DNA of 64,000 nucleotides from Octopus vulgaris (Eukaryota), in contig OX597815.1 of assembly GCA_951406725.2 (NCBI GenBank), forward strand, positions 64,294,001-64,358,000, written 5' to 3'. How positions within the stretch are numbered: the stretch's first letter is position 1; each line of letters opens with the position of its first letter. Below, piece by piece: positions 42,254 to 58,949 of this stretch. The notes under the pieces were generated by a model. That model had not been told where the DNA came from. It saw nothing but the letters and a program-made list of their open reading frames with translations, and searched no databases. The position numbers and the translations under genes were made by a program.

Positions 42254-43520
42254 TGGGTTGGACAAAATAATGGAAACACCTAGCATCACAACATCATAAT
42301 TTTGAAATATCTATAAAAAAAACCGCCAAAAGCTTGTTTATTATTATTATTTTTTTATTATTAGTGATGTTTAATAAGTTTTGCCAAAATTGCTGTTTTT
42401 TTTTCAGATATCAGCAGAGAAAGGTAATAAAAATTCATTAAAATGACAGATCTATCGGACTTTCAAAGGGGTCAAATTGTTGCTGCTCATATGGCTAGCG
42501 TAACGAAAACCGCCGAAATGTTTGGTGTATCAAAAAGTACGGTCTGGAAAGTAATGGCAGCCTTTGAGAAAGAGGGAAAAACCTCCTCATCTAAACAAAA
42601 CTCCGGAAGAAAACCAACACTTTCAGATAGGAACCGTCGGACTCTTACGCGAATTGATAGAAAGGATCACAAAAGTACAGCTCCCGAAATTACTGCAGAG
42701 ATTAATGACCACCTCGAGAACCCAGTTTCCACAAAAACTGTTAGCCGACAGCTACACATAGCCGGATTTCACTGGAGTGCTGCAATCAGAAAACCAATAT
42801 TTTCAAAAACAAACATTACAAAGCATTTAGAGTGGAATAAAAACCTACAGAATTGGTCCCTGGAGCAGTGGAAGAATATTATTTTCTCAGACGAGTCATC
42901 CTTTAACTTATTTCCGACCACCGGCCGAGTATACGTGTAGAGACAGCCAAAAGAAGAATTTGCCCCAGATTGCCTTCTTCCAACAATTAAACATGGAAGA
43001 GGATCTGTGATGATCTTGGGGGCTATATCTTGGAAATCTGCCGGCCCAATGGTTTCCTTTCATGGCAGAAGTAATAGTCACGACTATTTAAGTACTTTAT
43101 CTGATCAAATTCATCCTATGGTTGCGAAATTGTTTCCGGAGGAAAATGCAATCTTTTAGGATGATAATGCACCAATTCACACAGCTAAATTTGTAACTGA
43201 ATGGCACGAGGAACATTCTAGTGAAGTTGAACATCTTATCTGGCCACCGCAGTCCCCAGATCTCAATATTATTGAACATTTATGGTACATTTTAGAAAAA
43301 CAAGTAAGAAGCCGATATCCTCCACCATCATCACTACAAGAATTGGAAACTGTTTTTGCTGAAGAATGGACAAAAATTCCTTTGGAAACAATTCAAACTT
43401 TGTACGAGTCCATACCGCGTAGAATTCAAGCTGTAATTAGTGGCAAGGGCTGTCCTACCCCATATTAAAATAAATTTCTTTGAAATTTTAAAGGGTTTCC
43501 ATTATTTTGTCCAACTCCTG
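42252..43520 (+). mobile_element. Full-length Tc1-like DNA transposon with DD36E spacing
   Basis: TIRs catgggttggacaaaataatggaaac / gtttccattattttgtccaactcctg; 1269 bp. Confidence 0.93.
42443..43468 (+). pseudogene. Tc1-family transposase, 341 codons, two in-frame TAG stops, no frameshift
   Basis: MTDLSDFQRGQIV..SGRKP..FSDES..*..KHGRGSVMILGAIS..F*DDNAPIH..WPPQSPDLNIIEHLW..GCPTPY*. Confidence 0.92.
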
Positions 43521-44620
43521 TGTGTGTGTGTGTGTGTATGATATAGATACATATAAGTCCATATGTGTCTGTCACCTTACACACAAATATTTGAATATTT
43601 GTATCAATATGTGTATGTCTACATTCGTTGATATTATGTGAAACTGTCGTATGTCCAAATTTGGCCAAATGCGTATTTTTCAATATTTATTTTTGCTTGC
43701 AATAGCTGGTTCTTTTCGTCAAACTATCGTATCTCCAGCCGGTTCAGATGCCAAGATATCAAAGATTGTCTAAGTATAGCACAACGGTTTTGCTATGGAA
43801 ACTATTTTTTCGTTTTCTGAAAAAGCAACGTTTTGGATTTACGATACTTTTGCATAATAGCAACAATATGTATCTATGTATGCATGTATGTATGTATGGC
43901 GTTTCATTGATATGAATAATTACGGATGTCTATAATGGATATCTTTGTTATAGCTGTTTGATGCCTCATAATCTTATCTCTAATCTTTTGTTTTATGTTT
44001 GAACTTTTATGTTTGAACTTTTACAGCATCGCTGTAATCTGAATAATAGATGATATCTCGACGGCTGGTTAGGATTTACAATCCTTAATCTCCAAACGAC
44101 CAACATAAGAAATTCTTACACTTTATTTCTTTTTTTTTATTATATCTTCCTTTTCCACACTTTTTTATCTTGAGATTCCTTTATTTTCTATTTTCATTTT
44201 GACTTTTGGTAGGTTTTTTAAAAATATTTTCAACCTGCAGAAGAGAAATTTTGGATTTTTTTATTCATATTTGAATAAGTCCATGATGTTGTGATTCTTG
44301 TGTGTTGTATTATACTAACAAGAATACTATTATAGTAACAGGTATACAATTTAATTGTGATGTTAGTAATGAGGAGCTAAAACAGCAGGAAGAAGGAATA
44401 TTTTGAAATGTCATTGATATAATTTTCTAATCTTATGCAAATGTATTTTGCTCTGCTCATCCGTTCCAGGCTATTCTGCAGCATATGCAGCATTATTCAT
44501 GTGCATGTATTACATATGCGAATTTTGGTGTTTAACGCGATATACGATTTTAAGCTCTAATATCTACAGCTTTTTGCCACACTTAAATATATACACGACT
44601 CCATAAAGTTATATACATTA

Positions 44621-44902
44621 TATAATGTATAAAATGAAGTCAAAGAAAGTAATAACATTTTGGACACATTTAATACGTACGTTTCAGATAGTTATGCAAT
44701 AGATAAAAAGGGAATTTCATCTCTTACGCAAAATCTTCCTCAGTTGAGAGATATCAATTATGATAGGTCCTAAGCCGAGGAAGATTTTGCGTAAGAAATG
44801 AAATACCCATTTTATTTACTTCGCAAATATCTGAACCACCCATCTTAAATATATTCGAATATCATTGCTTGACTATGGCTTGACTTCATTTTATACATTA
44901 TA
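44621..44902. repeat. Diverged foldback / MITE-like palindrome
   Basis: Outer IR tataatgtataaaatgaagtcaa / ttgacttcattttatacattata; inner IR tcttacgcaaaatcttcctc / gaggaagattttgcgtaaga. Confidence 0.8.
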
Positions 44903-45466
44903 CGATTTTATATCCCGTACAAGCTCGCCAGTCTTAAATCCACTTAGACGGGTACTGGAACAAAGATTTCGAGTGATTTCTGGGAATGTGAATCACTTCT
45001 AAGCATAATACGATTTATATGTATATATAAATATGTGTGTGTGTGTGTATGTGCGTGTGTTGTGTGTGTGCGCGCGCGTGTGCGTGTATGTATATGTCTG
45101 TGTGTGCGTGCGTGTGTGTGAGTGTGTGTGTGTGTGAGTGTGTGTGTGTGTGTGTATGTGTTAGTATGAGTGATTCAAAAATCTATTTCGAAGTATATAA
45201 GTTATTTAACACCAGGTCAACTATAATTCAACAGACCTGCTTACCATCAAAGCGTTCTGCCAGTGATATCTCATCATTCAAATTATATGCAGTCTCAGAC
45301 TATATTTATCCAACACGTCCTTCTCTTTTCATAAGACGATAAACAGTCTTTTGAGTGATTTGGTTGTTATTACGAGCGAGGAAAAACGACCAAATTTGTT
45401 CACGTTTACATTATGCATGTCATCCGTATGTATTTGTGTATACTTCTGTTTATCTCTATATTATGT

Positions 45467-45502
<36 letters not shown>

Positions 45503-45514
45503 CTTTGTATGTAT

Positions 45515-45557
<43 letters not shown>

Positions 45558-45932
45558 CACACACTGAGTTTAGGAGAGGGATACAAGTAAGTATGTGTGT
45601 ACACACACACACATACATCATTATATATACAAATCATTTTCTGTGAGTATGAATGCATGTACGTATATACGTATGCATATAGGCATAAAAAATATATATA
45701 CATTTTATGTGTACATATATATATATGTATATATACAAATGTATTATATAAATATGTATATGCATATACATATATACTCATGTGCATATATGTATGATCT
45801 CATAACTATACATGTGTGGATTTTCTGTGCATGTCTACGTGTGTGATCTCTCGAATCACCGTCTGTATATATACCCACGTACACATATACATACATAAAT
45901 AAATATATGCACAGACACATATGTGTGCGAGC

Positions 45933-45990
<58 letters not shown>

Positions 45991-46315
45991 TTATGCGCGA
46001 GAGCATATCGGTTTAATGTGTGTGTATAAATATCTATAGTCAGACTCCCTGTCTCTCTTCAAATCTCCATTTCTAAATTAAAGTTATTTATTTAACTTTT
46101 ATATTCAAGGAAAAAAAAATGTAATATTGTTTCTCTCTTCCGTCTTCATTTCTCACACTTACTAGCTCCATGACAATGGACAACATCAACACTGCCACTA
46201 CGGATATAAAGCACGCCGCATGCATCACCATCATTATAGACACTGATCTATATGTAAGTAAATATATGCTGCCTGGTGTATGCTCACTGATGTATATGAA
46301 TCACAATATATGTGT

Positions 46316-46371
<56 letters not shown>

Positions 46372-46402
46372 ATATATACATATATATATATATACATATA
46401 TT

Positions 46403-46437
<35 letters not shown>

Positions 46438-46517
46438 TGTATAAATACATATATATTTATATATAAATATCTGCATATATAAATATACATGCATGTATGT
46501 ATATATATATATGCATG

Positions 46518-46564
<47 letters not shown>

Positions 46565-46813
46565 ATATATATACATATATAAATACATACATATATATTT
46601 TTATATATATGTATTTACACACACACATATATATATATATGCATATATGCATGTATGTGTATATATATGCATAAATACATATGTCTCTATACATTTATAC
46701 ATTTTCTTATTTTGGTATTTCTAAAGACAAACTGTCGTTCAATAAATGTGTACGTGCAATTACATAAAGACACACACAGACGTACATACAGACGTACGTA
46801 CGTACATACCTAC

Positions 46814-46850
<37 letters not shown>

Positions 46851-47062
46851 CATACATACATATATATATATATGTATATATGCCTACCTATACATATATG
46901 CAAATACACACACACACACATATATAAATATATACATATGCATACATGCGTGTACATATTTGCATATACATGTGTATGAATGCTCATATGTCTGTATATA
47001 TATATGTGTGTGTGTATGTATGTATGTATGTATGTATGTATATGTGTATGCATGTGTGTATG

Positions 47063-47121
<59 letters not shown>

Positions 47122-47395
47122 ATGTGTGTAATCTGCTGTCGTCTGATTTCTGCTAATGCTGCCAATGCTGGCTGTCGTTTGAATTTAATCAATATCGTAT
47201 TGTAAGGCTTTTGTTATTTGTTCTGCTTGTTTTTATTTACTTATTTATTGTTCTCTTTTTTCTTGTTGCTGTTCTTGTTTTCGTTTGTTATTATTGTTTT
47301 TGTTATTTTTTTTGTTTTTCTGTTTGATTTTAATTTTCGTTTAGTTATTTATTATTTTTTTTTGTTTTAAAGTTTCTCCTACGTCATATCCGCAG

Positions 47396-47432
47396 GAAAT
47401 GAATCCAGCATGCTGGGAGGAATTCGGCTACG
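47396..47432 (+). CDS. Probable 37-nt internal coding exon (EMNPACWEEFGY+G) of an unidentified host gene
   Basis: Long T-rich tract 47205-47380, acceptor ccgcag|, donor G|gtgagc; a complex-sequence island among repeats. Confidence 0.6.
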
Positions 47433-47479
47433 GTGAGCTATGTCAGCTCCATACAAATGTCGACCTACCCAGCCCTTCT

Positions 47480-50130
<2,651 letters not shown>

Positions 50131-51657
50131 AAAAATATATTTGACCAGATTTATTTCAGGACGGCAGAGTACATTTTAAGGGAGATTTAGTTCCTATTTC
50201 TAGCAAATCAAATTCGCTCCTTTACTTTTGCTATTACTGTTGTTGTTGCTGTTGCTGCCCTTGTTGCTGCGAGTTTCGAGTCAATAGATTCTGCCAACCT
50301 ATTCTACATTTTCCGATAGAAATTACTATTCGTTGAAAAGTAATTCTAGCGTCGAGTGTAAAGCAGGCAGTATTATAGTTAATTAGTTAATCTAGTAGTC
50401 TGAAATTATTCAATAATTCATAGCGTTAATATTTGAAAATATTAAAACAAAAAAGATAATAATTCTATTCACAAGTCAGGGGAGACAACGCCCAAATACA
50501 ATAAGGAACGTGTGGCCTGTCAGTTTGGAGATGGTTCCGAACATGTTTCGGTGTTATTGTACCTCATCAATGAAGTATAGTCTCACCGTTAATGCAAATG
50601 TTAGATGAAGTATACAGAAGTTTTGTGAACGGCCAATAATCTTATGGTTTTGAGATAGTAATAGATATCATTGTCGACGTCATTGTCATCATAAACATCG
50701 TCGTCATTGTCATCATCATCGAAGAGAAAACATGCGTGTGCATGATAGGACGTCGTGAGACAACTCTCAATTGTAAGTCTAGCCAATTATTGATAAGTAT
50801 TGCTTGTGATTGGATAATGCGAATCTGGGACTCTTCTCAATGTTTACTGACTCTCTGTAGTAGATTCAGTAATTATTAATAGGAGTAACGTATGAGTGGA
50901 GTCTAACACTCCACCCAAGGCTTACCCACTATTTGCAGCAAGAGTTTTTTTTTAATCATCGTTAGTCTTGAGGTATATGTCTGTATTGTAAGGCGAACCT
51001 ACCCGGTCTTAGTAACAGAAATAACCGTCTCAGTAGACATATTTGCGGCTGGAAATCTGACTATGTTAATAACTTAATAGTCGTCCATCAGTGTACTACA
51101 TTTGTTTCATGGAATAATCCAGAAGTGAGTCACTGAGTAGAAGAAAGTGCGACTCAATATATGCATTAACTTCCTTAGCACGTTATCACCACTACTACCT
51201 CGAGTAACAACAACCACCACCACAAAACTACCGCTAGATCCACAGTCATTTATAAAACGAACAACAAAACTATCACCACCAAGAAAACGTCCACCGCCAC
51301 CAAGAAAACCATCACCAACAACAACAAAGACAGCAGAAAGTTAAATACCACCACCAAAGTCATCACCACCAAAACCATTACCACCATTAAAAACCACTAA
51401 CAATAACAACGGAACTACCATACCACCGCCACCAAAACAATCGTCACCAGCACCACTACCATCACCCCCCACCAACACCACCAACACCGTTATCACTCCG
51501 ACACCAGCACTACCATAGTAATCATGCTATAGTTATTTCTGTTATTCTTGTTTCTTTCATTCGTTTGTGTTGTTGTTTTAGATCCCAATCTTTGCTTATA
51601 ATTACATCCCTCCTATGAACGGCTTAGCCAGCTTCTTTATCTTACTTTTTTTTTCAG

Positions 51658-51698
51658 ATAAGTATGCTGAACTCGGTGAAAATTGCTGCAGTTGTTAG
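51658..51698 (+). CDS. Probable terminal coding exon (DKYAELGENCCSC*), CxC C-terminus
   Basis: Strong acceptor cttacttttttttttcag|; a phase-1 join to 47432 gives GAT AAG TAT GCT GAA CTC GGT GAA AAT TGC TGC AGT TGT TAG. Confidence 0.6.
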
Positions 51699-52870
51699 GC
51701 GTTACAATCTACGACGATGTTTCCATGGTCACCACCACACACACAACACGCAGCCAAAAGTCCATCGCAATCACCAGACCTTCCTCATCCCTTTCGATGT
51801 CCAAGAATACAGCAATCCTGATGACCCATTACTAAACACTTGAAATATTCAAATTCTGTGTCGGACACGGACCCTACAAAGGCTAAAAGATATAGAGGGG
51901 GCGGGGAGTTATTCAAATATATTAAACCCAACATCTGAACACTTGACTGGATTTGATTTTATCGAAACCAGAATGATGAAAGGTTGAACTTGAGTTTGAA
52001 ACATAAATACTTGTAACTAAAGGTTTCTCAAGATTGAAGGATAATAACCAGAAGATTCTAGGGATTCAACGAAATGAAATTTGGGAATATTTAGCAGTAA
52101 AAATTCCAACATGAAAGTTTATGTTTATTAGAGATTAGAACGCACATCCTCGAAATCCACTCTATTAGCAGCACAGCGAAAGTTTGAAAGACACGCCAAA
52201 AATTTTCCATCTGAAATTCTTTAAATGAAAATATGCCCATACTTAACTGTGTGCAACTTGAAGACGCACATCTAAAAAGTAATGATGCACACGGACACAT
52301 ACACACACAAACACCTGTGTATTAAAGAGACATTCTTACACAGAACATAAGTGCCGTTGCATACACCTACATATATGCACACACTAACTCAATCACATAT
52401 TTACAAAACCGGGAACTGGCTTAAACTCAAAAAGTATTGTTATCCAGTTAGAGACCGGCTTGTACTCCATGAAGAAGCAAACTACCTACCTACCTACATA
52501 CATACATACATACATACATACATAAATACATATGTAACTCTTAAATTAACAACTCCAAATCGAAACTATCCAACCTATAGGCTAGGAAAACCTTCGTGTA
52601 ATTTTAACAGGACTCAAAAAAAAAAGAAGACATCCAATATTAATAAATAGGAGCGAGTGGATCCGTAGGGCTCACCAACATTTTTTACCTATATTTATCC
52701 TATATGGACGTTTCCTTAACAGTATCACGATGACACATTACTAACACTCTCAATAATTGCAATCCACGAACCTTACAAGGAGTTCTAAAGAATTTCATAA
52801 TTTTGGGCTTTACTCTCACTGTTAGCACTAGTTTCTTCAACGTAAACTATAACAAACTCATCGAAACCTA

Positions 52871-52931
<61 letters not shown>

Positions 52932-52967
52932 CTTTTCCCCTGCGCTCTCTCTCTCTCTCTCTTTTTC

Positions 52968-52998
<31 letters not shown>

Positions 52999-52999
52999 C

Positions 53000-53269
53000 A
53001 CGTGACCGACCAGAGCATCAGAAGTTGTTACACATCGCTGGTCACAATGCGTTCGCATTGTTTTAGCCTTCGAATGACGCCTAAGCGAGCAGGCCAACAG
53101 AAGAAAGAATGGTGAAAGAGTACAGCAGGGATCACCCCCCCCCTCCGGAGCCTCGCGGAGCTTTTAGGCGTTTTCGCTCAATAAACACTCACAACGCCCG
53201 GTCTGGGAATCGAAACCGCGATCCTACGACCGCGAGTCCGCTGCCCTAACCACTGGGCCATTGCGCCTC

Positions 53270-53270
<1 letters not shown>
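53000..53270 (-). mobile_element. tRNA-derived SINE family C (OK-like), young-looking copy
   Basis: Minus strand: ggaggcgcaatggcccagtggttagggcagcggactcgcggtcgtaggatcgcggtttcgattcccagacc; CpGs retained. Confidence 0.88.
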
Positions 53271-53310
<40 letters not shown>

Positions 53311-53680
53311 GACCATTCCTAAATACAACAATATATATATATATATATATATATTGTTGTATTTAGGAATAGTCATTTTGCCAGTTTAGCCAATAAAAAC
53401 ACACGCACTATATATTTGGTGTTACTTTGCTTCAGTGTTATTTATTTTTTACATTAATCATTAATCTTAATCTTATTTCGGCCAGAGTTCTTTCGTCACA
53501 CTCCTGTGACCGCATCAGTGGTCCTTTGTTTTCTTCTTACTTATTTGTGTCTCTCCTTACTAACCGTCAGCCATTTTGTATTTCTATTGTATGTCTTAAC
53601 CACTACGCCATATACCCGTCAAATGTAAGTAATGTAAATAATGTACATAATTCTTCATCTCTTAAATATAGAACTGGCTT
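53311..53680. mobile_element. Penelope-type terminal repeat relic: small palindrome plus hammerhead-like motif
   Basis: IR gaccattcctaaatacaacaa-(TA)n-ttgttgtatttaggaatagtc at 53311-53374. Minus strand 53480-53525: ggacca CTGATGC g gtcac-aggagt-gtgac GAAAGAACTC tggcc. Confidence 0.55.
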
Positions 53681-53739
53681 TTGATTTTGTTTCCAAAATT
53701 AACAATTTCTTTTCGGAAGAGATATTAGTGAGGCGTGGA

Positions 53740-53900
53740 AGCTTGCATAGACACCTATGAAAAATGGTCAAATCAAAATATTCCATCTAATTTTCTATGC
53801 AGATTATTGAAGTTTTACAATGTATTACAATGTATTACAATGGACAAAAATGTTATCACAAGACGAAGGGATGTGCTATGGGTATCCACATCCACTTACT
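53740..53900 (+). mobile_element. Penelope-like RT fragment
   Basis: YYNGQKCYHKTKGCAMG resembles the Y.Q..G.AMG RT motif of Penelope-like elements. Confidence 0.5.
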
Positions 53901-53911
53901 TTTGCTAATGG

Positions 53912-54130
53912 ATGCTTCTCAAAATTGGCACATGGACTTCAATTTTAGAGGGAGAAGCTTAGTCGATTACATCGAACCCAGTGCTTGAACGGTGTTTTAT
54001 TTTATCAGCCCCTAAAGTATGAAAGGCAAAGTTGACATCGGCGGAATTTAAACCGGGAACATAAAGAGCCAGAAGACATGTTGCTAAGCATTTCGCCCAA
54101 CGCGCTAAAGATTCGACCAGTGCCATCCTC
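53912..54130 (-). mobile_element. SINE family B copy
   Basis: Reverse complement of 22915-23125. Confidence 0.8.
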
Positions 54131-55087
54131 TTTTTAATAGAACTAGTCATTGGCATTTTTATGTAATAATTTGTCTTAGACCAGTAATACAAGCGTCAGA
54201 TTGCAAAATCTTCTTTGGTTATTGAATACAGAGGGCTGAAAATAGATGTGACAACACTTTAACCCTACACCGGTCAAAGAAATGATATATGTAAGAGACA
54301 TTTAGACAGGACACCGTTCACTTTAACCTGACAACGTGTGACAGTAAAGTAATTTTGATGGAGTTTATTGCTTTAATTAGTGAGATATCATCTTAGCTCG
54401 ATGAATACCCCCCCCGCACACACAAATGTGAAACGGTAAAATAATTTAAACCTCGCTATCAAAATCTATAGGTGTTAATTATAATGAATAGCTGAGAATG
54501 TAGAACATCGAAATCTCCGTTGTCTCGCTAACGACACCTATATCTTTACACACCAATAAGTATTATATTATCTAGACGTTATCTATGGTAACTTATAATT
54601 TAATTCAGATAATCTATCTACTTATCTAGCCACGTACCAACATATATCTATTTTCCTCGCATTACTTTTCTTTTCTCCCCCTCCACCACCACACACATAT
54701 AGATTCAGCTATCTATATATCGAGCTAACTCAAAATTTTCATCGTCAAACACATTTACAATCCTCTTACAGTGGAGCAATACAAATTATATGTGTGTGTG
54801 TGTGTGTCTCTGTGTGTGTATACACATACTCCTTCACCCACAGACACACACATGTATATATGGAGGTTACCATATATATGACCACCATAATATGTTATAT
54901 GTAATACTGCCTTGATAGGTTAAAGCTTTTAATTTGGTCGGCCAAAATTGTGATGTACCTTGAGGTACTGCTTGACACTACAATATCACTTAGAACAAAT
55001 ATAGGGGGTGATTTATGCTAATAGTTTTGGGACATTTTCCCGAATTCTTTTATATCATATTTATATATATATATAAACATATAACGA

Positions 55088-55600
55088 AACATTTCCCCGT
55101 GGCCATAAGTTTATAACCTTTTCAACCCGCATAACATCAAGGTGATTTACTCCTGCTTAGACAACGTCACTTCTAATACATGCACACTGCAGCCTCCAAT
55201 CCCAACCTGTTATATCCGAAGCCCTACAAGCTATCCTCTAGGAAGGGGATGTCTTTCAAGGGTTGTAGTCTACAAAGACACCCTAACGTCATTCGAAGGC
55301 ATTGCAAGGAACTACACGGAAAGGTCGGGCAATAGCCTTAAAGGAAAGTACACGCAGCATAAGAATTTGCTTACACGCAAGGAAAGAGAGAATTCCCCTT
55401 CTTTGTCTCGTTTCTTCTGGAGAGCTCGCAACCTCCGGAATTAAACAACCAATACTAAATGAACCAACATTGGCAGGGACCCACCTTACACACACGGTGC
55501 TCTAAAATTCCAGATCTGTTCATCTGCGAAAGACTGCATATTCTTCACCAACACGCAGCATCTGTCAACAAAAAGATGAACTTATTGCTGCCATCAGACG
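55088..55600 (+). mobile_element. Penelope-like element 3' fragment (linker plus GIY-YIG)
   Basis: KHFP.GHK..FNPHNIKVIYSCLDN..YPLGRGCLSRVVVYK..YTERSGNSLKGKYTQHK..NSPSLSRFFW; parallels ORF 59990-60769. Confidence 0.7.
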
Positions 55601-56519
55601 TACATCGTCCTGGTGCACTTGAAACCAGTGGCCGCCGACAAAGTATATATACCTCCTTAACAGTGACTGCACCTCAACACTGGCTGCACCACAGCCAAGG
55701 ACTGGGTTCCTAACCATTGAATCCTACGCAGACTACAGACGTATCTTCCAACCTTATGCTTCCAATATAACCCTTCCTCCACGTTCATCTCCATATAAGT
55801 GGGCGTGTACACACACATACACTCGCATACACATGAATCTGTGTACGTATGGTCTTCCTCTCTTTTTCACCCCGCAACACAACCAAACCGCAATCCACCG
55901 GCAAATCCCCGTTGTTGCGACCACGCTAGAACATATTTGTCATGTTAGCACACACAAATACTAAAAGCATGAATATATACGTAAACACATGCACGCACCA
56001 GATGAAAACACACGTGTACATACTTTTCCAGACAAACACGTACGCATTTATAAGTACACATATAAGTTCAGGGATGTACATATTCACATTCATCAATCAT
56101 CCATACGTGCATCCTAAGTACGTATGCATACACACGCGTATACAGCAGATACTAACGTAAAAGTATTCGCAAGACGCACGCATACACACACACATACACA
56201 CGCACACATATACACGCACGCACACTCATACAACTGATACACACGCAGCTGATATATACACGCCAGATTACACCACCGCCAAACACACGTACACGCATGT
56301 GCATCAGACATCCACATATGTGTACTTATACATCTAGTATAGACACACCCAGGCTCGCAAGTCCCTTCAAAGACCACCCAGCAAGGAGCAACCAGCATCC
56401 TGTCCAGCTATGCGGACCAAGAAATTCTCGTGTTTAATGCATCTGATGTCACTGGAATGTTGATCACACTTCTAACAACACCGTGTGACCCGTCTAATTA
56501 ACACGCCAGGCTTTTTTTT

Positions 56520-57055
56520 AAATGACAAGAAATAATCAAAAACTTGCAGGAAAATATGTGCTTTGTAGAAGAGAAGGTTGTTACGGAATGAATGTACCAG
56601 AAATGATTTTCAAGATTTCGATCGGAGCATGTTTGCTTTCAAGATGCACTTCGTTCTGGCCAACCAACTGTTATTAACAGCGACAAAAGGAAGGAGTTAG
56701 TCGAGACTAACTTCCGTTATACGACCAGGGTGATCGCAGATATTCTTCAAATATCCAGAGTGTGAGTTGCAATTCATCTTTATCAAATTGGTTACGTCAG
56801 CAGGATCGATGTTTGCGCCATGTTTTCCTCAACTGAATCTGAAAAACATGGCCCAAGAGAAGCCCAACTGTAATTCATTGCAGATGCTTAAAGAAAACAA
56901 TCCTTTTTTGAAGGGAATGGGGATGGACGAAAAATAGATCGTTTATGAAACTAAGGGGTAGTTTATATCAGTGATTGAATAAATAGATTTTATGTTTAAA
57001 AGTTATCTTACTTTTCTTTAAATTAAGGAACGAGCTTTTTTGGTCAACTCACTAT
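56520..57055 (+). mobile_element. Degenerate mariner (cecropia/Hsmar1-like) with internal deletion
   Basis: Remnants KICAL..QK*FSRFRS..QDALRSGQPTVINSDK..YTTRVIADILQIS..QIGYVSRIDV; 3' end tttttggtcaactcactata. Confidence 0.7.
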
Positions 57056-57986
57056 ATTGATTTCTTATAGAGAATCTAACTTCTAAAACCATTGTCCACT
57101 TTGATATATTTGAACAACTGTTATACATTTATTCAACTTCCTCTGCAGTGCACAGAGGAGAGGGTTTGCATCCACCTCCTAGCTGCTCCAACAAGTTTTG
57201 CAGGCCATACTAAGGATATAAAACATAACAAATGCATAGGCTTTAGCAGATTCTCCAGGATCCTTAAGATTGATGAAAACATAGTAATTCTTTTAACATC
57301 TACTCTCAACCAATACCTGCAAGAAAGACGTCAGGCATGAGCAGGATGGAAATCTCAGCGTCAAGGTACTAGGAAAGAAGTAATAGGTGCAAAAATTAAT
57401 AAGAGGCCTAGTATAGCTGGACACAACAAACAGAATAGTGGGTAGTAAAATGAGTGGTTCAGGAATATTTAAGGGGAAGTGGTATGAGATTTGACAATTC
57501 GAAAGAGAAACACTATTATAGTAGGGATAAAAAAGAGAGAGAGGACACAGTGTGCAGTGTGTCTGTGGTCCGCTGTAATACAATGAGAAGTTGGTTCAGT
57601 TGCTTAAACAACCTGTATTCATTGACGAAACAGACGGAGGAAGATACATTTACACCGCATACCTATCCTTGCATCTATATATATACACATATAGATATAT
57701 ATAAATGTAGAAGATTGAAAAGTAACACACGGGTTGATATGTATAAGGAAAATAAGACAAGGTAGAAAATCCTGAAATAATTTTATGAAATACATTTTGT
57801 AAAGGTTAGTACCGGTTTCAATCTTTTCGACTTTTTCAACTAAGAATAAAACAAGAAAAACAATTAGATTGAAGAAAAAAATTAAATGAAATGCTTTGTA
57901 AACATTTTCATAGTCTTCAAATACTATCTGTATGTATGTGTATATATATATATACTTTATTTAAAAGCAGCAGAAATTCAACAAAA

Positions 57987-58061
57987 CCTGTTACTCTGAG
58001 TTTCACGTTCCCGTTCTGAGTTTCACGTTCCCGTTCTGAGTTTCACGTTCCCGGGAACGTG
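57987..58061. repeat. 20-bp unit x3 plus terminal palindrome, derived from the 3' half of a hammerhead-like motif
   Basis: tctgagtttcacgttcccgt x3, then cacgttcccgggaacgtg; the minus strand reads GAAACTCAGAGTA. Confidence 0.75.
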
Positions 58062-58081
58062 TGTATGTACGCATGTATATA

Positions 58082-58914
58082 CAGGGTGCGTGAAAAGTAT
58101 GTAGGCATTAAAAATTGGTAATAAATTCTATATTCCTTTTAGAAATTTAATGAAACAAATGATACATATTTTTATTCCATGGGAAAATGAAAATAATCTT
58201 CCTATTTCAACATAAGTACCGGTGGCGTCAACCAGTTCCCTCAAACAGCCACGGATGGAATGAACAACCTTCTGAAGGACGTCATTTGGGATATTACTGA
58301 GAACCTCCTGAATCCCTGTCTCCAAGTTCTCCAGTGTACCAGGTTTTGTCTTGTACACCTCCTCTTTTGTGTAACTTCACAGGTAAAAATCACATGGAGT
58401 GAGATATGGACTTCTGCACGTAGTGGGATTTCCACGGACAAAAGTTCAATCTTTTATATAAAACCGTACGGGTTGTGTGTCTTGTTAGTCCACTTTCACG
58501 AGCTGATTGGTGTTGATTTTTGCGGGCTACGATTAAACATTTCCTGCACTATTACCGCGTTTTCTGCTGATCGAAATGTGGCTGGACGGTCACTTGTTGC
58601 AACGTTCGCAGAGCCCATGGTCATCAACTTCGCCTGATAACATTTTTATTGTCTCTGGACGTAGTGTTACATGCTTACCTTTCCATGCACGCCACCATCT
58701 CTGAATCAAAACAATGGAATTCCACACTTCATACCGTGCTGCTATCTTAGCTCGCTCCTGAACACTCAAGCGACTGGCCATCTAGAAAATAAGAAATAAA
58801 ATAATAAGAAATAACAAATCCGCATAAGTTTAAAAAATATTTTTGCCATGACTTCAGTGATACTAAAAATTCTACAAGCAATTTCTAATGCCTAGTTACT
58901 TTCCATCCACTCCG
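58082..58914 (-). mobile_element. Tc1/mariner-superfamily element of rosa/maT type, internally deleted
   Basis: TA-flanked TIRs cagggtgcgtgaaaagta..taggcatt / aatgcctagttactttccatccactccg. Protein remnants MASRLSVQERAKI.. and RSPYLTPCDFYL*SYTKEEVYKTKPGTLENL; the final catalytic residue is D. Confidence 0.85.
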
Positions 58915-58949
58915 TATATATATTAAAAAGAATTAACAATACAGAGCTA

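Noticed and set aside
53190-53270. tRNA-like sequence (also at 39870-39943)
   Set aside because: These are SINE heads: they continue into SINE body and tail and lack a proper acceptor stem.
57995-58053. Short direct-repeat array resembling CRISPR
   Set aside because: No spacers, eukaryotic context, and no cas genes; it is a simple tandem triplication.
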